In this document: positions 35,201-47,532 of the stretch, one piece after another
How the letters are laid out: every line of letters begins with the position of its first letter
How positions within the stretch are numbered: position 1 is the first letter of the stretch
Assembly: GCF_003704095.1 (NCBI RefSeq)
Contig: NW_020846227.1
Span: 434,001 to 498,000 of the forward strand
DNA: 64,000 bases
Origin: Pocillopora damicornis
Lineage: Eukaryota
Direction of reading: 5' to 3'
Program-made: the position numbers and the translations under genes
The notes under the pieces: generated by a model
What the model was told of the DNA's origin: nothing
Seen by the model: the letters and a program-made list of their open reading frames with translations, nothing else
Databases searched by the model: none

Positions 35201-38200
35201 AATCGGTACCATTATTACAATGCGCGAAAGAAAAAAAACGTAAAGAAAACATTGTGTATCATAAACAAACGAAAATAGATAACACTTGTTTAGAATCAAG
35301 CTAATTTCTCGGAGTTATTCATTTGCAATTTGCCTCCAGTCTTTAATGTCTATCTTTGTTCTCTTACGTTTTGTCTGCTCGATCAATCTCAAGTATATGA
35401 AGTTAGCTAAAGCGTTAGGGAATAGTTAGGGAAAATATAACGTTTCGTATAGACTAACTTGAAATCGTCGAAGCACTTTAAGAAATTCATGAAGGCAATA
35501 TATATGAGGTGCTAGATAGTTACTCGCGATATATTGGTTTCAATGAGACAAATCTCCAAGCAGATTTTATAGCATCGAGTAACCTTCAAAGTCGTTACCT
35601 TGCATTCCTCGTGAAATTTAATTATTAGACGCAAATTTACCCATATACGAGGATTGTGTTCTTACTGAGCTTTCATCGCTGGATAATATTTGAACGTTAT
35701 ATGTCTTCGATTGAACTTGCCAGGTTTTCCGATTATTTAGACAGATCATAACAAGCTGCCCTTGTTTTCTAGTTAAACAAGTTTAAAATGTGAATGAAAA
35801 TTGTGTATCGCCGCATTGGCTAAAAAAGATCGTTGTTAAATGTCAGAGGCATTGAACAAGTCAAGGTATTCGTCCATGTTTTTATCATCTAACAAGACAA
35901 TCATTTCCAATCGATTCTGAAAAAGGAAAATCTGAAATTTTTACTCGAACAGACCACACCGAAAAGATATGACTTTTAATTTCTCATTTTGAACTTCCCA
36001 ACGTTACAAAATTTTATCACCTGAAAATGGTTAATTGTAATATTTATATAAGACATCTAAACGAAGGTCAAGAGCGATTTTTATCGGATGGCAAAATGTA
36101 ACACAGGAAACAGCCTAATGTTGAAATTCTGCGCTGTAAAAAATTGAAATAAAAGTACAATTCCAAGTTTAAAATTGACTTCAAAATGCGTGAAAGCGGC
36201 GAGAAAACCTGAAGGAAACTGCTCGATCAAGAAACCCTGGGGCGACCTCAGGCGGTAACAAAAAATTAAATGGTTTGAATGATCAATTAAGCCGCATTTT
36301 ACCAACAGTTTCAGCATTTATTTCGGTATCTTACCTCGCGCGTAAAAATGACTAGTTTAGTCGCGTCTCTTCTTAATGTTAGCATGGATCGTTTATGATG
36401 TCTCTTCAATCGAAGATACTGCATATTTGTCTTTTTTTTTTAAAAGGCTCAAAATTCTAATACCTACAACATTTTAGGAGTTAATCGTGAATAAGGAGTG
36501 AATCGCTTTTTATATAGAAATGCGTCATTAGAAAGGAACCCTCTCTGACCGGAAATTGAAATTGAAGTTTTGTTCTGCGAGGCCCGCTGTGCTAGCATCT
36601 CGGCAGTATTGTTGTGCTTTCAAATCGCGCTATAAGTAACCTTGCAGTATACATAGCTCCCTCCCTGCCGCGACTTCTTCCAAACAGTGAAAACACGAAC
36701 ATTGTTACGATCCGAATGTTTGAAGGAAACAGAGATGAAAATATAGAAAATAGTTTAGAGCAAGGAGATTGTTCTCAACATAACTCTTTGCGTGAACGAA
36801 GTGGCTTTCTTGCATGTGTTGTGTCCTTCCGTGATCTCTCAGTTCGCGGTGCTTCAGCGGGAATCCGCGCTTTTGTATCAGCGTTCCAATTTGGAAAACA
36901 ATTGCCTTACTTCTGAGTCGATTTGTTTTTCTAACTATTGGTACTCTGAAAAATGGGTGGGATCGTTTGGGTTCGGCTACATGGTTTGATTCGCTTGTTT
37001 GAGGCGCAACAGTACTAAAATTTCATTATTTTAGAATTCAAGATAGTCTTGATGATACCAGTTTTTCATTTTGTCCGGTTTCACATTCCATATGTTAGGC
37101 TACAATTTAAGTAACATAAAAGCAAGAAAATGACTGGCGGCGGGTCGATTAAAAAATACTGCGTTACCACTTTTCTGTGCGGACTTTGTTTAGACCAATT
37201 TGTGCTTTTGTTTATCTCTCAGATTATTGACTCCTCGCTAATGACTGCCATATGCTTGATTGATGGAGTTTTTAACCATGAAATAACTTTAGAGTAGTAA
37301 TGCTTAGAAGTTTGCAAAAGTTACTAACTAGGTTTAATTTATCGCGACAGCATTGAAAGCAGTGTTTGGAAAACTTTGTCGAGCTGAGATGGTCAAAGTT
37401 CGACGAAGTTGTTTACTTTGATGTGAGCTCGTCATTTATACAAAAAGCTAAGACACAAAACATTACGCCAAGCTTTATAGATGGGGGACGGGTTAATTAA
37501 GAAAATTACGCTGTAGTGAGCTCAAGCGTGCTGTAAATAGGCCTCCCCAATGTTGCACAACAGACGATGAAGAGAGAAGTAAACAAAAGGCAGCCAACAG
37601 TGGACAAACAATGGATTACTAACTAAATAATGAGCTCTGCGAGCTAAAAGAACACTACTGGATTCCAGCTATTATGCTATTTGTTTTAACCATTGAGGTG
37701 TGTGTAAAAACGCTCTTACGATGAATTAGCATATGAAAGCAGTTAAGTCGCGGCTCATATGTTTTCCACGCTGCGCCTTTGTTTAATTCCCAAACAAATA
37801 ACTCCACAGGGTTGTCAAGAAAAAAACTGGACTCGTCTACACTTGACCTTTTGAAGCTCTCAAGACAAAACTGTTCAAGACAGTCGAACAGTCAACAAAA
37901 AAGCGAAGATGGTATCGTTTTTGATCGGCGCAAGAAGAAAGAAGGCTGGACAGAGTTTACCGTGGTTTTTCTATGTAATCATAGCCAAATAAAGGTCCGT
38001 AAGCTACATGCGAAGGTGCTAATTAACCGAAGTGAAGCTTTACAGACTATTTCTTCTGCTAATTGCCTTAAGCAATTAAGAGACTCTGAAATGGGACGAA
38101 AGAGCCATAACAGTTGAATGGTATTGAGTCAAGTCTCTTGTGTTGAGTGTAAAAGAACGAGATGGTTCTCTCTGTCGACTAAATTTATTCCATAGCCTTT

Positions 38201-38938
38201 AGTTTTTCGCTTTTTAAAGGACAGTTTTTCTCTGAAAAGGAAAGTTTTAAGTTTGGAAAGGAGCCTAAAGAGTGAAAAATGAAGCCAGGAAAACTACGGT
38301 AACGGCATAGCTATATAATTAACTCCGGCGCTCTTCAATAAAACATGCAGGTTTTGGAATACAGTTGTTCCTGTGTGTGATAATAGACTTACTCTTTCAC
38401 CTGTTAAGGTACTAGCTGAGAAATATCAATTGAATAGATTATAACTCGTTGGCAAACAGTTCTGATTTACATGTCCACACAAGGAAACCGTGTTGTTAAA
38501 TTTTAATGTGGTAATTGAATTAACAAGACACATTTCAGCCATAAATATTTATCTAGTATTTGCTCACATTCACGGATTGAGGTGTCAACGTACTAGCAAA
38601 ATTTACAAATTTACACGATTTAGTTATTGACTTTACTTGTCTCATTAATGTTTAAAACGGTGACTTTGAAATTAACTTTCACTAGATTTTTTTTGACCTG
38701 CTAGTCCCAAACAGTACGTTTTAGACAATTAACGAAAATATTGAACAAAGTGGCTTTAGTAATACTGCGAATTAGCGACGATTCACTGTAAATAAACATC
38801 ATTTCAGCTGGCTATTTCTTGTCGTACAACCGCAAATATATCACAGTTTCTTGGGCGCTTTGTTTTCGCTCCTCGGTTTAATTTCTATTCTGTCTTTTCT
38901 TTTAAATCAAGATTTATATCAACGTCCAATTTAAACGT

Positions 38939-40387
38939 TTATTTGCACTCGGACAGGAAAGTGGTGCGCGAAGCGGGAGAAGCGTTTTCTTTTAAGAAAG
39001 AGAAGGTAGGTCGTAATGCAGGAGAACCAAATGGTATTTTAGGTACTGTGCTGAACGCAGACGGGAAAACAGAGTCACTATTTGTCATGAACCTGTCTGC
39101 TGAAAATGGGGAAGACGGTTTTGAACTCGGCCACTGTGGTTCCATTGTGGGACGTGCATGGCTGACGGGGAAATGGCCACTTTGAGGGAAAGACGGTGGT
39201 AGAACGCCAAACCCGTGGCAGCGGCTTGGAAGGCTCATCTCTGGTGATGAAGAAAAAAGGCATCGGATGCTAGGAGATGGGTGTGGAAGAACTGGCGTTG
39301 GATGAGGGAGGGACGAATTACAGTTCATTGTACAGGACATTCCCAATAGGTCGTTTCTTCTCATATGCGGAGACAAAGACGCTGAGAATATGGATGGTGG
39401 ATAGGGCCAGAAACTTGAACAGAAACCAGCTTGAGATGGGTCCAAAGGATACCTTGGAATTGGAGAGATTCTCTGTTGCCGTTTTAGCGCTATACGGTTT
39501 CTGGACGATGGAGGATTTCGTCGTTTAAGCTTCCCTGTCGTACCACCGATGACCACATCGTCTGCACTAGGATCTAACATCCAGTAATTGCCTTTACCAG
39601 GATCGTCGTAGTGGCGAGGGATTTTCACGAAACATTTGTTGAGGGAGAGGTTGTGTCTGATGGAGTTCTGCCAACCTTGCTTGTTATTACGATAGTACGG
39701 AAAATTCTGCAAAAAAAAACAAAAAAGAACAAAAAAATTGATAATCAAATTAGTCCGAAAGGCCAGATGTCAATTCGCAAATTAGTCATGATATTGATGA
39801 GCCGGTTTCACGTTGTTCTTTGCGGTAAACGTTACAAATAAATAATATTATCAGTGCTTAATTTGGATAATTTTTCTATCCGATGGCTTTTTTCGATTAC
39901 GCTGAAATGTAACAAGCTCGTTTTGTTTTAACCCACTTTGGGTTAGATATACCTTACATAAAATCCACAGTTAAACTGACTAACTGTCAATTGTACTCAT
40001 AATATTACTCATATTAAAAGCTTAAAGAGTAAAAAAAAAACTTAGTAGTGAAATAAAGACAGCACGTTGGATACTGACCTTCATAATGAAATCGTATATA
40101 CCACTCAGAGTGAGTCTTTTCTCCGGTGACCCGCGAATAGCCATCATTATTAAAGCATTGTACGAAAATGGCGGCTTCTCAAACTTTTTCTCTTCTCCCC
40201 CTTTGCTTTCGCACTTTCCTGTTTGCTCGTCCTCTTTGGATTTTTCAGACTCTTTATCTTCTTCGCTCACCCTCTCTTGGTTAGCAACCGAATGGCCATC
40301 CTGGTTTCCCGAAACCTTCTCGTCCGAAGTTGTTATCGTTTCTTGAGAACCCATTTCTTGATTATATAATCCAACCTGATCTTTCAT
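38939..40387 (-). CDS. FOXG1: Forkhead box protein G (FoxG/BF-1/sloppy-paired class), 358 aa. Exons 40387-40079, 39706-38939
   Basis: [34 protein letters not shown]|[63 protein letters not shown] is diagnostic of FoxG. The intron is phase 0 GT-AG, and an in-frame stop lies upstream of ATG 40387. Confidence 0.95.
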
Positions 40388-42222
40388 GACCACTACAATG
40401 TCCGTCGTGCTTGTAAAAAACTGTGTACAAATGCTATCAATTCAACGAGACCTGGTTGTCACAATGTTTACACGACAGCGCAGGATAGACGAGTGGCAGC
40501 TTCTCAACTGACGGCGTTAATTTGTTGTCAGTATTTTTGACCCAATGTTAACCAAGCAGCGTAATTGATACGGTGGTGTACCATTTTTTATCGCGAGCCA
40601 ATCAAAACGCCAGGTTACAAACAAAGTGCAGTGACATGAAAGAGACATCAGGGTCGATGATGCGGTCGTTCATTGTGTTTAGTGTTTGTGTTAATAATCT
40701 ACGTTTTATTGTTTGCTTCAAAGAGGTGCTAAATTCGCAACCAATAACTTTGCCTAAGAGTCCAGTGTGGCTCCGCCTTTTTAACGAAACTACACGCGGG
40801 GGTTACAATCAAACAATGTAATGAATAGCACAAGTAACCCATACTGTCTTCAAAAGAGCTATAATTCGTGATTAGTAAGGAGTTAGGTTTTTGTTCTTTC
40901 CAGCCCATTTTGAATATCTTAGATCATCGTTGTTACATGTATTTCCTGCCTCGCCGCTGGTGGCGTCTGTATAACAATCCTTCGCGGTTCATTTTACCTT
41001 TGGGGCATGCCTGATTTCTTCTCACTTGAGAATCATGTGAGATGCCACGCAGAACCGACATGTCTTCTAATCTTCAGAGCCTTTCCCTAAAGAAAAGGAA
41101 GATGACTTTGTGTGCGGGATAATGGCCTGTTAATAGCGCATGCAAACAAACAAACATGAGTGCTTCTGATATGTGGCAGTTTGGCGATAGTAAAAATCAA
41201 AGATAGCTTCAGTTTGAGATTTCGCCAGACATGTTCGAACGCTTTGGTGGATATTAATATTCGATATTATCCTATCCTTTGAATGAACTGACTTTGACAA
41301 GTTTAGTCAGTTTTTCTGTTCTTTGCCATTGTCTTAACTAACGAATGGGACGGCAGTAACTGAAAAGTTAATTTGATCTTTGTAACGTGGTGGGAACTAT
41401 GTTTGAATAAATGAAACTCGGTGTGAAGATCAACTTTGCAAAAATTTGATTGTAGATATGAAGTAAATTACTATATCGAACTTTCAAAGCAAGAACATTA
41501 GGAGCCAGCTTTGTTTTGAAGACTGAAGACAAGATACATGCCACAGTCACGAATGGCGTGATGCACGCAGGAGCGCCTCCTTTGTTCCAAGTAGCTATTG
41601 TTCAGTTAAATATACCAACTCCATGTGCTTCGCGAGATGGCCACTTCTTTTGGGTTGCAAAGATTTCCAACTGGGGACTGCTGATCGTAACTACATGAAA
41701 ACCCGGGGGATAAAGGTGAAACGAGCGTGGGAAAAAAACCAAATTCACGACATCCAAATCACAATGCATAAAGTTATTTATAGGTACGTCTCTGTTTGAT
41801 ACTAGAAAATTAACTCTCTGGTCTCGAGTGAAAGAGACAAACAGGGCACTTATATTCACGAAAACAAAGGAAAAAGAACGGATCGACATATAGTTAAGAC
41901 ATCGTTGTTTAGCCACAGCAGAAATTTTCTGCCATGTTCATTAAATTGACTCATGAATGTTACTTGTTTATTGTCATTTCGTGGTTTTACAGCAAAATTT
42001 TCCTACTGCCGTGAGGAAAATAGCTAACAAATGAAATTTCGGGAAGAGCAAATGGTTCCCTGATTTCTATCGGATCACAATGTTGACAAAAATCTAAGAA
42101 ATTCTTTGTTTTCCCGTTAATTTCTTATTCAACTTTTCACTTAATAAACGCTGGTGACCAATAATGCTTATAACAAAAATGACAGAGAACCATTACAGAA
42201 AGAAATAAAAAAAAAACGGTTC

Positions 42223-42301
42223 TTTTTGGAATTATATATTAGACAGAATAACGTAAGTATACACATTTTTTTTGGAATTATATATTAGACAGAATAACGT
42301 A
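42223..42301. repeat. Short two-copy tandem duplication
   Basis: tttttggaattatatattagacagaataacgta occurs twice. Confidence 0.8.
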
Positions 42302-44139
42302 TGTATAGGAAATATATTGTAAACTTATGGTAAATTTATGATTACTTTAGGTCGGATTAAGAGATCAAACGCCACCATAACTAAACTACTTACAGATCTT
42401 GATGAAGATTTAAAACAGTCAAGCATTCAACCGTTTGTTAACAAAATGTCTTCATACAACGCTGAGGTAACGTATCAGTAAAAAAAAGCTCAAATGTTTT
42501 TTGCAAAATGGGTCAGTAGTTGTTCTGACGAAAAACTAGCCGGAGCAAGTTCGGCGACAACGCCCTTGATAGCTAAACATTATCACCCGTGTTGTCAAAA
42601 CACGGAACTTGACATACTGACGGGATCTTAAGATAAATAAAAGGTGAGATAAAGAAACACCGCAAATCACAAAAGCACAGACCCCCACATAACACAGCTT
42701 GGTGTTACGGCAAAGAAAAGTTTATCACTAGTGGACGCAGTAGGTGCCGCGGAAGGGAGCACACGGTGCTGTGATCAACAGCTGTTGATGACCCTTCGCC
42801 ATACTCTATCTTTGATCAACCATCTACTTTGGTCACGAACAGTTTATTTGGCCATTACTCGGCTCTTAAAGAACCAGATTGCGGCAGAACAAGCTCAGGT
42901 TAGTTCTAGTGAGTGGAAGCTAAACGATAATCGACTTTTAAATTGCAAGAACGGTTTCATCTGTCTTCTAGTGATTGCGAGTCCTGCGCTTTCCTGTCAG
43001 CATGAGTGTATACCCATATGAATACGCGTTGTTTGAAATCCTCTATGGGTGAGTTAATAATGACGTCAGTGTTTACGTTTGTTCTTAAACATGTTGGTTT
43101 GGTCGCAGAGAACGTTCCGGTAGACACGAATTCTAATTCAAAAGTTTTGGGAATATACTAGTGTGGGCTATCTGTAAAGTTTTGAACTCTTTCCAAGGAA
43201 TCTTCTTGAAAATACCGTCCATCAATAACTGCATTTCCGGGTGGTAGAACTTACGATGAACCTAACACTTTTTGTTAATGACGAGTGTTTGAAGAATCAT
43301 GTCTATGAAGGCATTTTCTATTTTGAGCGCATATTTTCAAACGAAGTCAGCTACACTCATTTAGAATTCCGAATGCTTCGGCGTCTGATATCTTACCTGG
43401 TAATGATCAGTAACAAAATAGTGGCAAAGCAACTGTTGTGAACAGCTGATTTCGAGATTTGACGCGACAAATTCAAGTTCTTTTACAGCTCCTACACGCT
43501 CTGACTGATGAGCAATCTTTAAGGTTTACCCATTCAATTAAAGTTGCGAGGCCGTTGATTCATTATGGCTGTTGACACTTGAAAAACTATTGAAATTTAA
43601 AAACTTGGAGAACACTCCAATTGCACCCAGAGGAAGGGAAGAAATTTTGAATAGCGGTGAGAGGTATGGGTCTAAACTAAAAAAGTTAATTACACTCTTA
43701 AATCAGAATTAAAAGGTCAGGGTTTGAACGCTGTTTGAACACTGTTTGAACGCTGCCCTACCTAGTCGCTTCATTACACTGACGAAAGCTGGAATACGCC
43801 CCGACTATGATATTAAGGCGTGCAGTTTACATCAGGGTGAGAGATTAGCAGTTAACACAAACACACACCATAATACGATGGATGTGAGCAATTAAGAGAG
43901 GATTTTAAAAATGTCGTCATACAACGTAACTTCGAAATGTGAGGACCGATTAGCGCAGATTTTATACGCGAAAGGCTCAGACAGAATAGCCTAAGAATGT
44001 AAGAACAGAGTGAATCCTCGATCCTTTGGCAAATCTTGAGTTACAGCTCACTTCAAGGCATGCCTTGAGATCTTTAAAATTCATCCGTTGGTTGGTCGCG
44101 GTTTGTGAGAAGCTCGAGCATCAATAACCTTAAAAGATC

Positions 44140-44440
44140 GATTGGGCAATTTTTCTGAGTGCCGAAAGGAGTTTTGGGATTGCTTTGCTTTTGCTTTACT
44201 TCGCGCGCTGACTGGCCTGGAAAGCTCGCGCCACTTTCTCAACCAATCAGATTGCGAACTAAAGCCAACAGTGACTTGAACAATCGCATTTCCCCGCGCT
44301 TTATGAAGTTTTCTTGTTTTCACTTTAAATTCTCATTGGCTCCTTGTGACATTTACCTTTATGCTGATTGGCTGTAGTCAGGAGCCCATTACTAGGCTCC
44401 TGCTGTCGTAAAGTAACGACGCTCAATCGAAATGCGCTCA
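44140..44440. repeat. Dispersed ~300-bp repeat; related copies at ~48640-48930 (inverted) and ~55155-55340
   Basis: Shared core ttttgctttac...gattgg/gactgg...cgccactttctcaaccaatcaga...aaagccaa among the copies. Confidence 0.55.
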
Positions 44441-44939
44441 TTTTGAAGAGTTTGAATCGAATGGTACAAAAAGATTGTTGTGAAGTGAAATTATCGTTAG
44501 TTTGTTTAACAAATCAGAATAAATTGCTTTGTTAATTTGACTCACTATGAGAATCAAATGGTCGCTCTTGAGAGTGAAAGGTTGAAGGCCTGTAAGCAAC
44601 AAAATTGGTACCAGGGAGATAAACATGGAAATCCATAGACTCCCAGTTTACCGTTTTGCGCTTCTTTACGCATTTTACTGACGCCATTGTGAAAAAATCT
44701 ATACTGCAACGAAGAAGGACAAAAAAATTACAGTTTTCAAAGATATCCGGATGTATCCTTGCTGTTGTATATTCATTTAATTCACTCTTTAATTGCTCTA
44801 AATCTTGTCTTTATTCATCGATTAAGTACCTAATAAGCTAGTACAATCATGTTGCTTGATTACAGTATTTTTATATTATTCAGTAGTCCCATTGGTACAG
44901 GTACTTTTACCATTTTTTCAGTGCATTGCACTTGCCTCT

Positions 44940-45151
44940 CCACTCTTTACACCCTAACATCAGTATGAATATTCTCCATTCTGTTCTCCATACATTTCCT
45001 TAAGCGCTGACAAGGAGAATTTGATTAAAAATCAAGAGCTTTAATGAGTTAGTGATCATTTCCTTGATTTCTCGTGACCACGATGTTCGTTTCAGGGATG
45101 ATATTGTAATGAGAAATTAGAAGCTGGTCACTCTTAGGGGTTAAAGGGTTA
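44940..45151. mobile_element. piggyBac-type MITE; same subfamily at 47787-48000 and 62810-63020, inverted at 20788-20998
   Basis: ctttacaccctaacatcagtatgaatattctcca...gctgacaaggagaatttg...gtcactcttaggggttaaagggtta is shared among the copies. Confidence 0.75.
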
Positions 45152-45383
45152 TGTACCATTCAACACAAAAATTAACGTTTTGAGGCTATTACTTTTATGT
45201 ATTTGCTTAAAACCTCTATGAAACTTGGCAGATACACTACGCTCGAAACGGTCGATTGATGTCTGATGATTTTCTAACGGTTATACACAAAAGGAAAATT
45301 TGTCTGCGTTGCGTGACAACGTCGAACTATTGCGTGACTAACACCGTGTTGTTTAAAGGTGTAAATAAATAAGTAACGTTTTA

Positions 45384-46298
45384 TCACTTGTAGATTATTA
45401 CTACGGCACTGCGTCCTTGCACAAACTTGTCGCCGTTTTCTTTGGTAAAAGTCAATGAATCGATAAACTCAATCACACTGTGATACAAATCTGGCTCGGC
45501 AGTCGCCCGGAAATTTTGCTGTTGAGTCAAAAAGTCAATCAACAAGTCACCTCTTTCAGTTGGCTCCTCGGCAAGGCAGCTGGTCACGTTGATCTCAAAC
45601 TGTTCCTTGAGGGGAACGGAGTACTTCCATCCGTGTTTCTCAGCAATAGCAACAAGCTCCTGATCCGTGCGGAAGGACATGTCCTCTGAACCACAACTCA
45701 GTTTTCCCTTAAATTTGTGGCTCACCAGGGCAATGTATGAATCCTCAGCTTGAACCAGACACAATATTACCCCACTGTCGGTTGTCAGATGCTCTTCGAA
45801 ACAGGATCGCAGCGCGTATTCCACATCCAAGTAATAAATGCTGTGGTAAAAGTGAATGAGCTGAAAACGATTCTTTTCAGCAGTTTCCTCGTGGAATTCA
45901 CGAAATGTTTTCTGGTGCCATTCAAACGAGATACTCTCGGTAATCTGTTGTAACAATGGCGGCAACGAAGAAACCTTCGCCTTGAATTCATCGAGGAGAC
46001 AGGAACTTGGTTCAACGATCACATTCTGGAGTGCAGGCTTCTTGCCCTTTTTCGACGTAAAATATTCCCCTATAGTTGGTAAAATTAGCAAATCCTTGTC
46101 ACCCGGGCCGCTACCAATTCCCAAAATTTTAAGGGGCTCGCTCGGGTCAACTGTGTCTATAACTTTCTTCAGAGCTTCAGCGGCAGCGTCTTGATTCAAG
46201 TGAAGTAAAGCTGATTGTCTGATGTTGGAGTTGTCTATAAGTGCCCGGAAAGACCTCTTGTACATTTCCTCCGATTCCCATAACGGCACTTGAGGCAT
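45384..46298 (-). CDS. Histamine N-methyltransferase-like class I SAM-dependent methyltransferase, 304 aa, single coding exon
   Basis: Uninterrupted ORF with motif I KILGIGSGPGDKD, VIVEPS, FEWHQKTF, FQLIHFYHSIYYL and LIDFLTQ, which resemble HNMT. Confidence 0.85.
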   Translation of the reverse strand: MPQVPLWESEEMYKRSFRALIDNSNIRQSALLHLNQDAAAEALKKVIDTVDPSEPLKILGIGSGPGDKDLLILPTIGEYFTSKKGKKPALQNVIVEPSSCLLDEFKAKVSSLPPLLQQITESISFEWHQKTFREFHEETAEKNRFQLIHFYHSIYYLDVEYALRSCFEEHLTTDSGVILCLVQAEDSYIALVSHKFKGKLSCGSEDMSFRTDQELVAIAEKHGWKYSVPLKEQFEINVTSCLAEEPTERGDLLIDFLTQQQNFRATAEPDLYHSVIEFIDSLTFTKENGDKFVQGRSAVVIIYK

Positions 46299-46637
46299 TT
46301 CTGAGAGAGGCTAAGTAATATGACGGTGTTTATGAGGCAGCAGCGAATCAGTAATTTTTCAGATGATGCAAGCAGAATCATGCAACTATGTATTAGCGAA
46401 GTCAATTAAGCTACTAATGCACACAGATAGGTTAGCACTTTCATACACGTGCAGCCTACGAACTAACTTCATAACGACCCCCTCTCTCAAAATGTTTTTA
46501 TAAGCAACTTTTGTAGAAAAAGTGATACAGAAGGCAANNNNNNNNNNNNNNNNNNNNNNNNNNNNNNNNNNNNNNNNNNNNNNNNNNNNNNNNNNNNNNN
46601 NNNNNNNNNNNNNNNNNNNNNNNNNNNNNNNNNNNNN

Positions 46638-46870
46638 CCCCCATACCCCTAAAATATTACCCTGTCCATACATCCCCATTCCCTTAAAAAATTACCCTGT
46701 CTACCCAACCCCATCCTCTTGAAAAAGGTTATCTTGTCTATCCACCCCCATCCACTTAAAAAAATTACCATGTCCATCCACCCCTATCCCCTTAAAAAAA
46801 TTGCCTATGTCCATCCACCCCCTTCTGCTCAAAAAATTGCCCTGTCCATCCACTCCCATCCCCTCAAAAA
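46638..46870. repeat. Minisatellite of a ~37-bp unit (ccccatccccttaaaaaattaccctgtccatcca), about 6 copies, next to a gap
   Basis: Directly visible imperfect tandem units. It may have caused the adjacent assembly gap. Confidence 0.85.
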
Positions 46871-47532
46871 GTTGTGAGAAGAGTATAATTCATAGGAAGC
46901 CAGTGACAACACAGATGTGATAAGTTCAAGAGCGCAATCTTGGTCCACCCTCTGCACAACCTCAAAATTACTGCCTCTGCTCGAATCATGCTCACATCTT
47001 TCCCTCTTTCCTTTCCTTTACAAAAATGATTACATTTGTTGAAATATTAAAGTGCTTAATTTTGAAATTAGCTTGCCCATTCAACATTATTCTTTCACTT
47101 TGTGAACAAGTTAGGCTTGGAAAAATAACTTTGAGTAACAACTCTCTGGGGTCAGCTACTGTATATTAACACACCAATTATTTTGTTGTTAATGTGTAAA
47201 TGTTCTCTAGCAAGAAAAAGAAATCATGTCTGTTCAAGATTTGGGGAAAAGGGAATAAGTGCCTCCCTCAAAAAAGCTCTTACCCAGCTCCTTCCCTCAA
47301 AAAAATTGCCCCCCATCCTGACCTAAATATGAAATAAGAGCCCTGGGCCGGGTTGTTCAAAGCTGGGTTAAGATAACTGTTATTTGTCTACGGTTGATAA
47401 CTGGATGCCTTTCAAATAGAAAATAATTATAGAAAATTATCCAAGAAAGTCTTTTGAACAAAGGGATAAAGAAACCCAGATTAAAATTTAACCCTAGGTT
47501 GGCCCTAATCAGCCTTCAAACAACTGGTTTAC

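Noticed and set aside
25300-38200. Many 60-112 aa ORFs in the gene desert
   Set aside because: No recognisable domains, AT-biased composition, often non-ATG starts, and no splice-consistent chains.
37570-41160. Forkhead-binding motifs (GTAAACA-like) near FoxG as autoregulatory sites
   Set aside because: Such short AT-rich motifs are expected by chance here, and I have no enrichment or conservation evidence.
46638-46870. Regularly spaced ~37-bp repeats as a CRISPR array
   Set aside because: The units are contiguous with no unique spacers, there are no cas genes, and the context is eukaryotic. It is a minisatellite.
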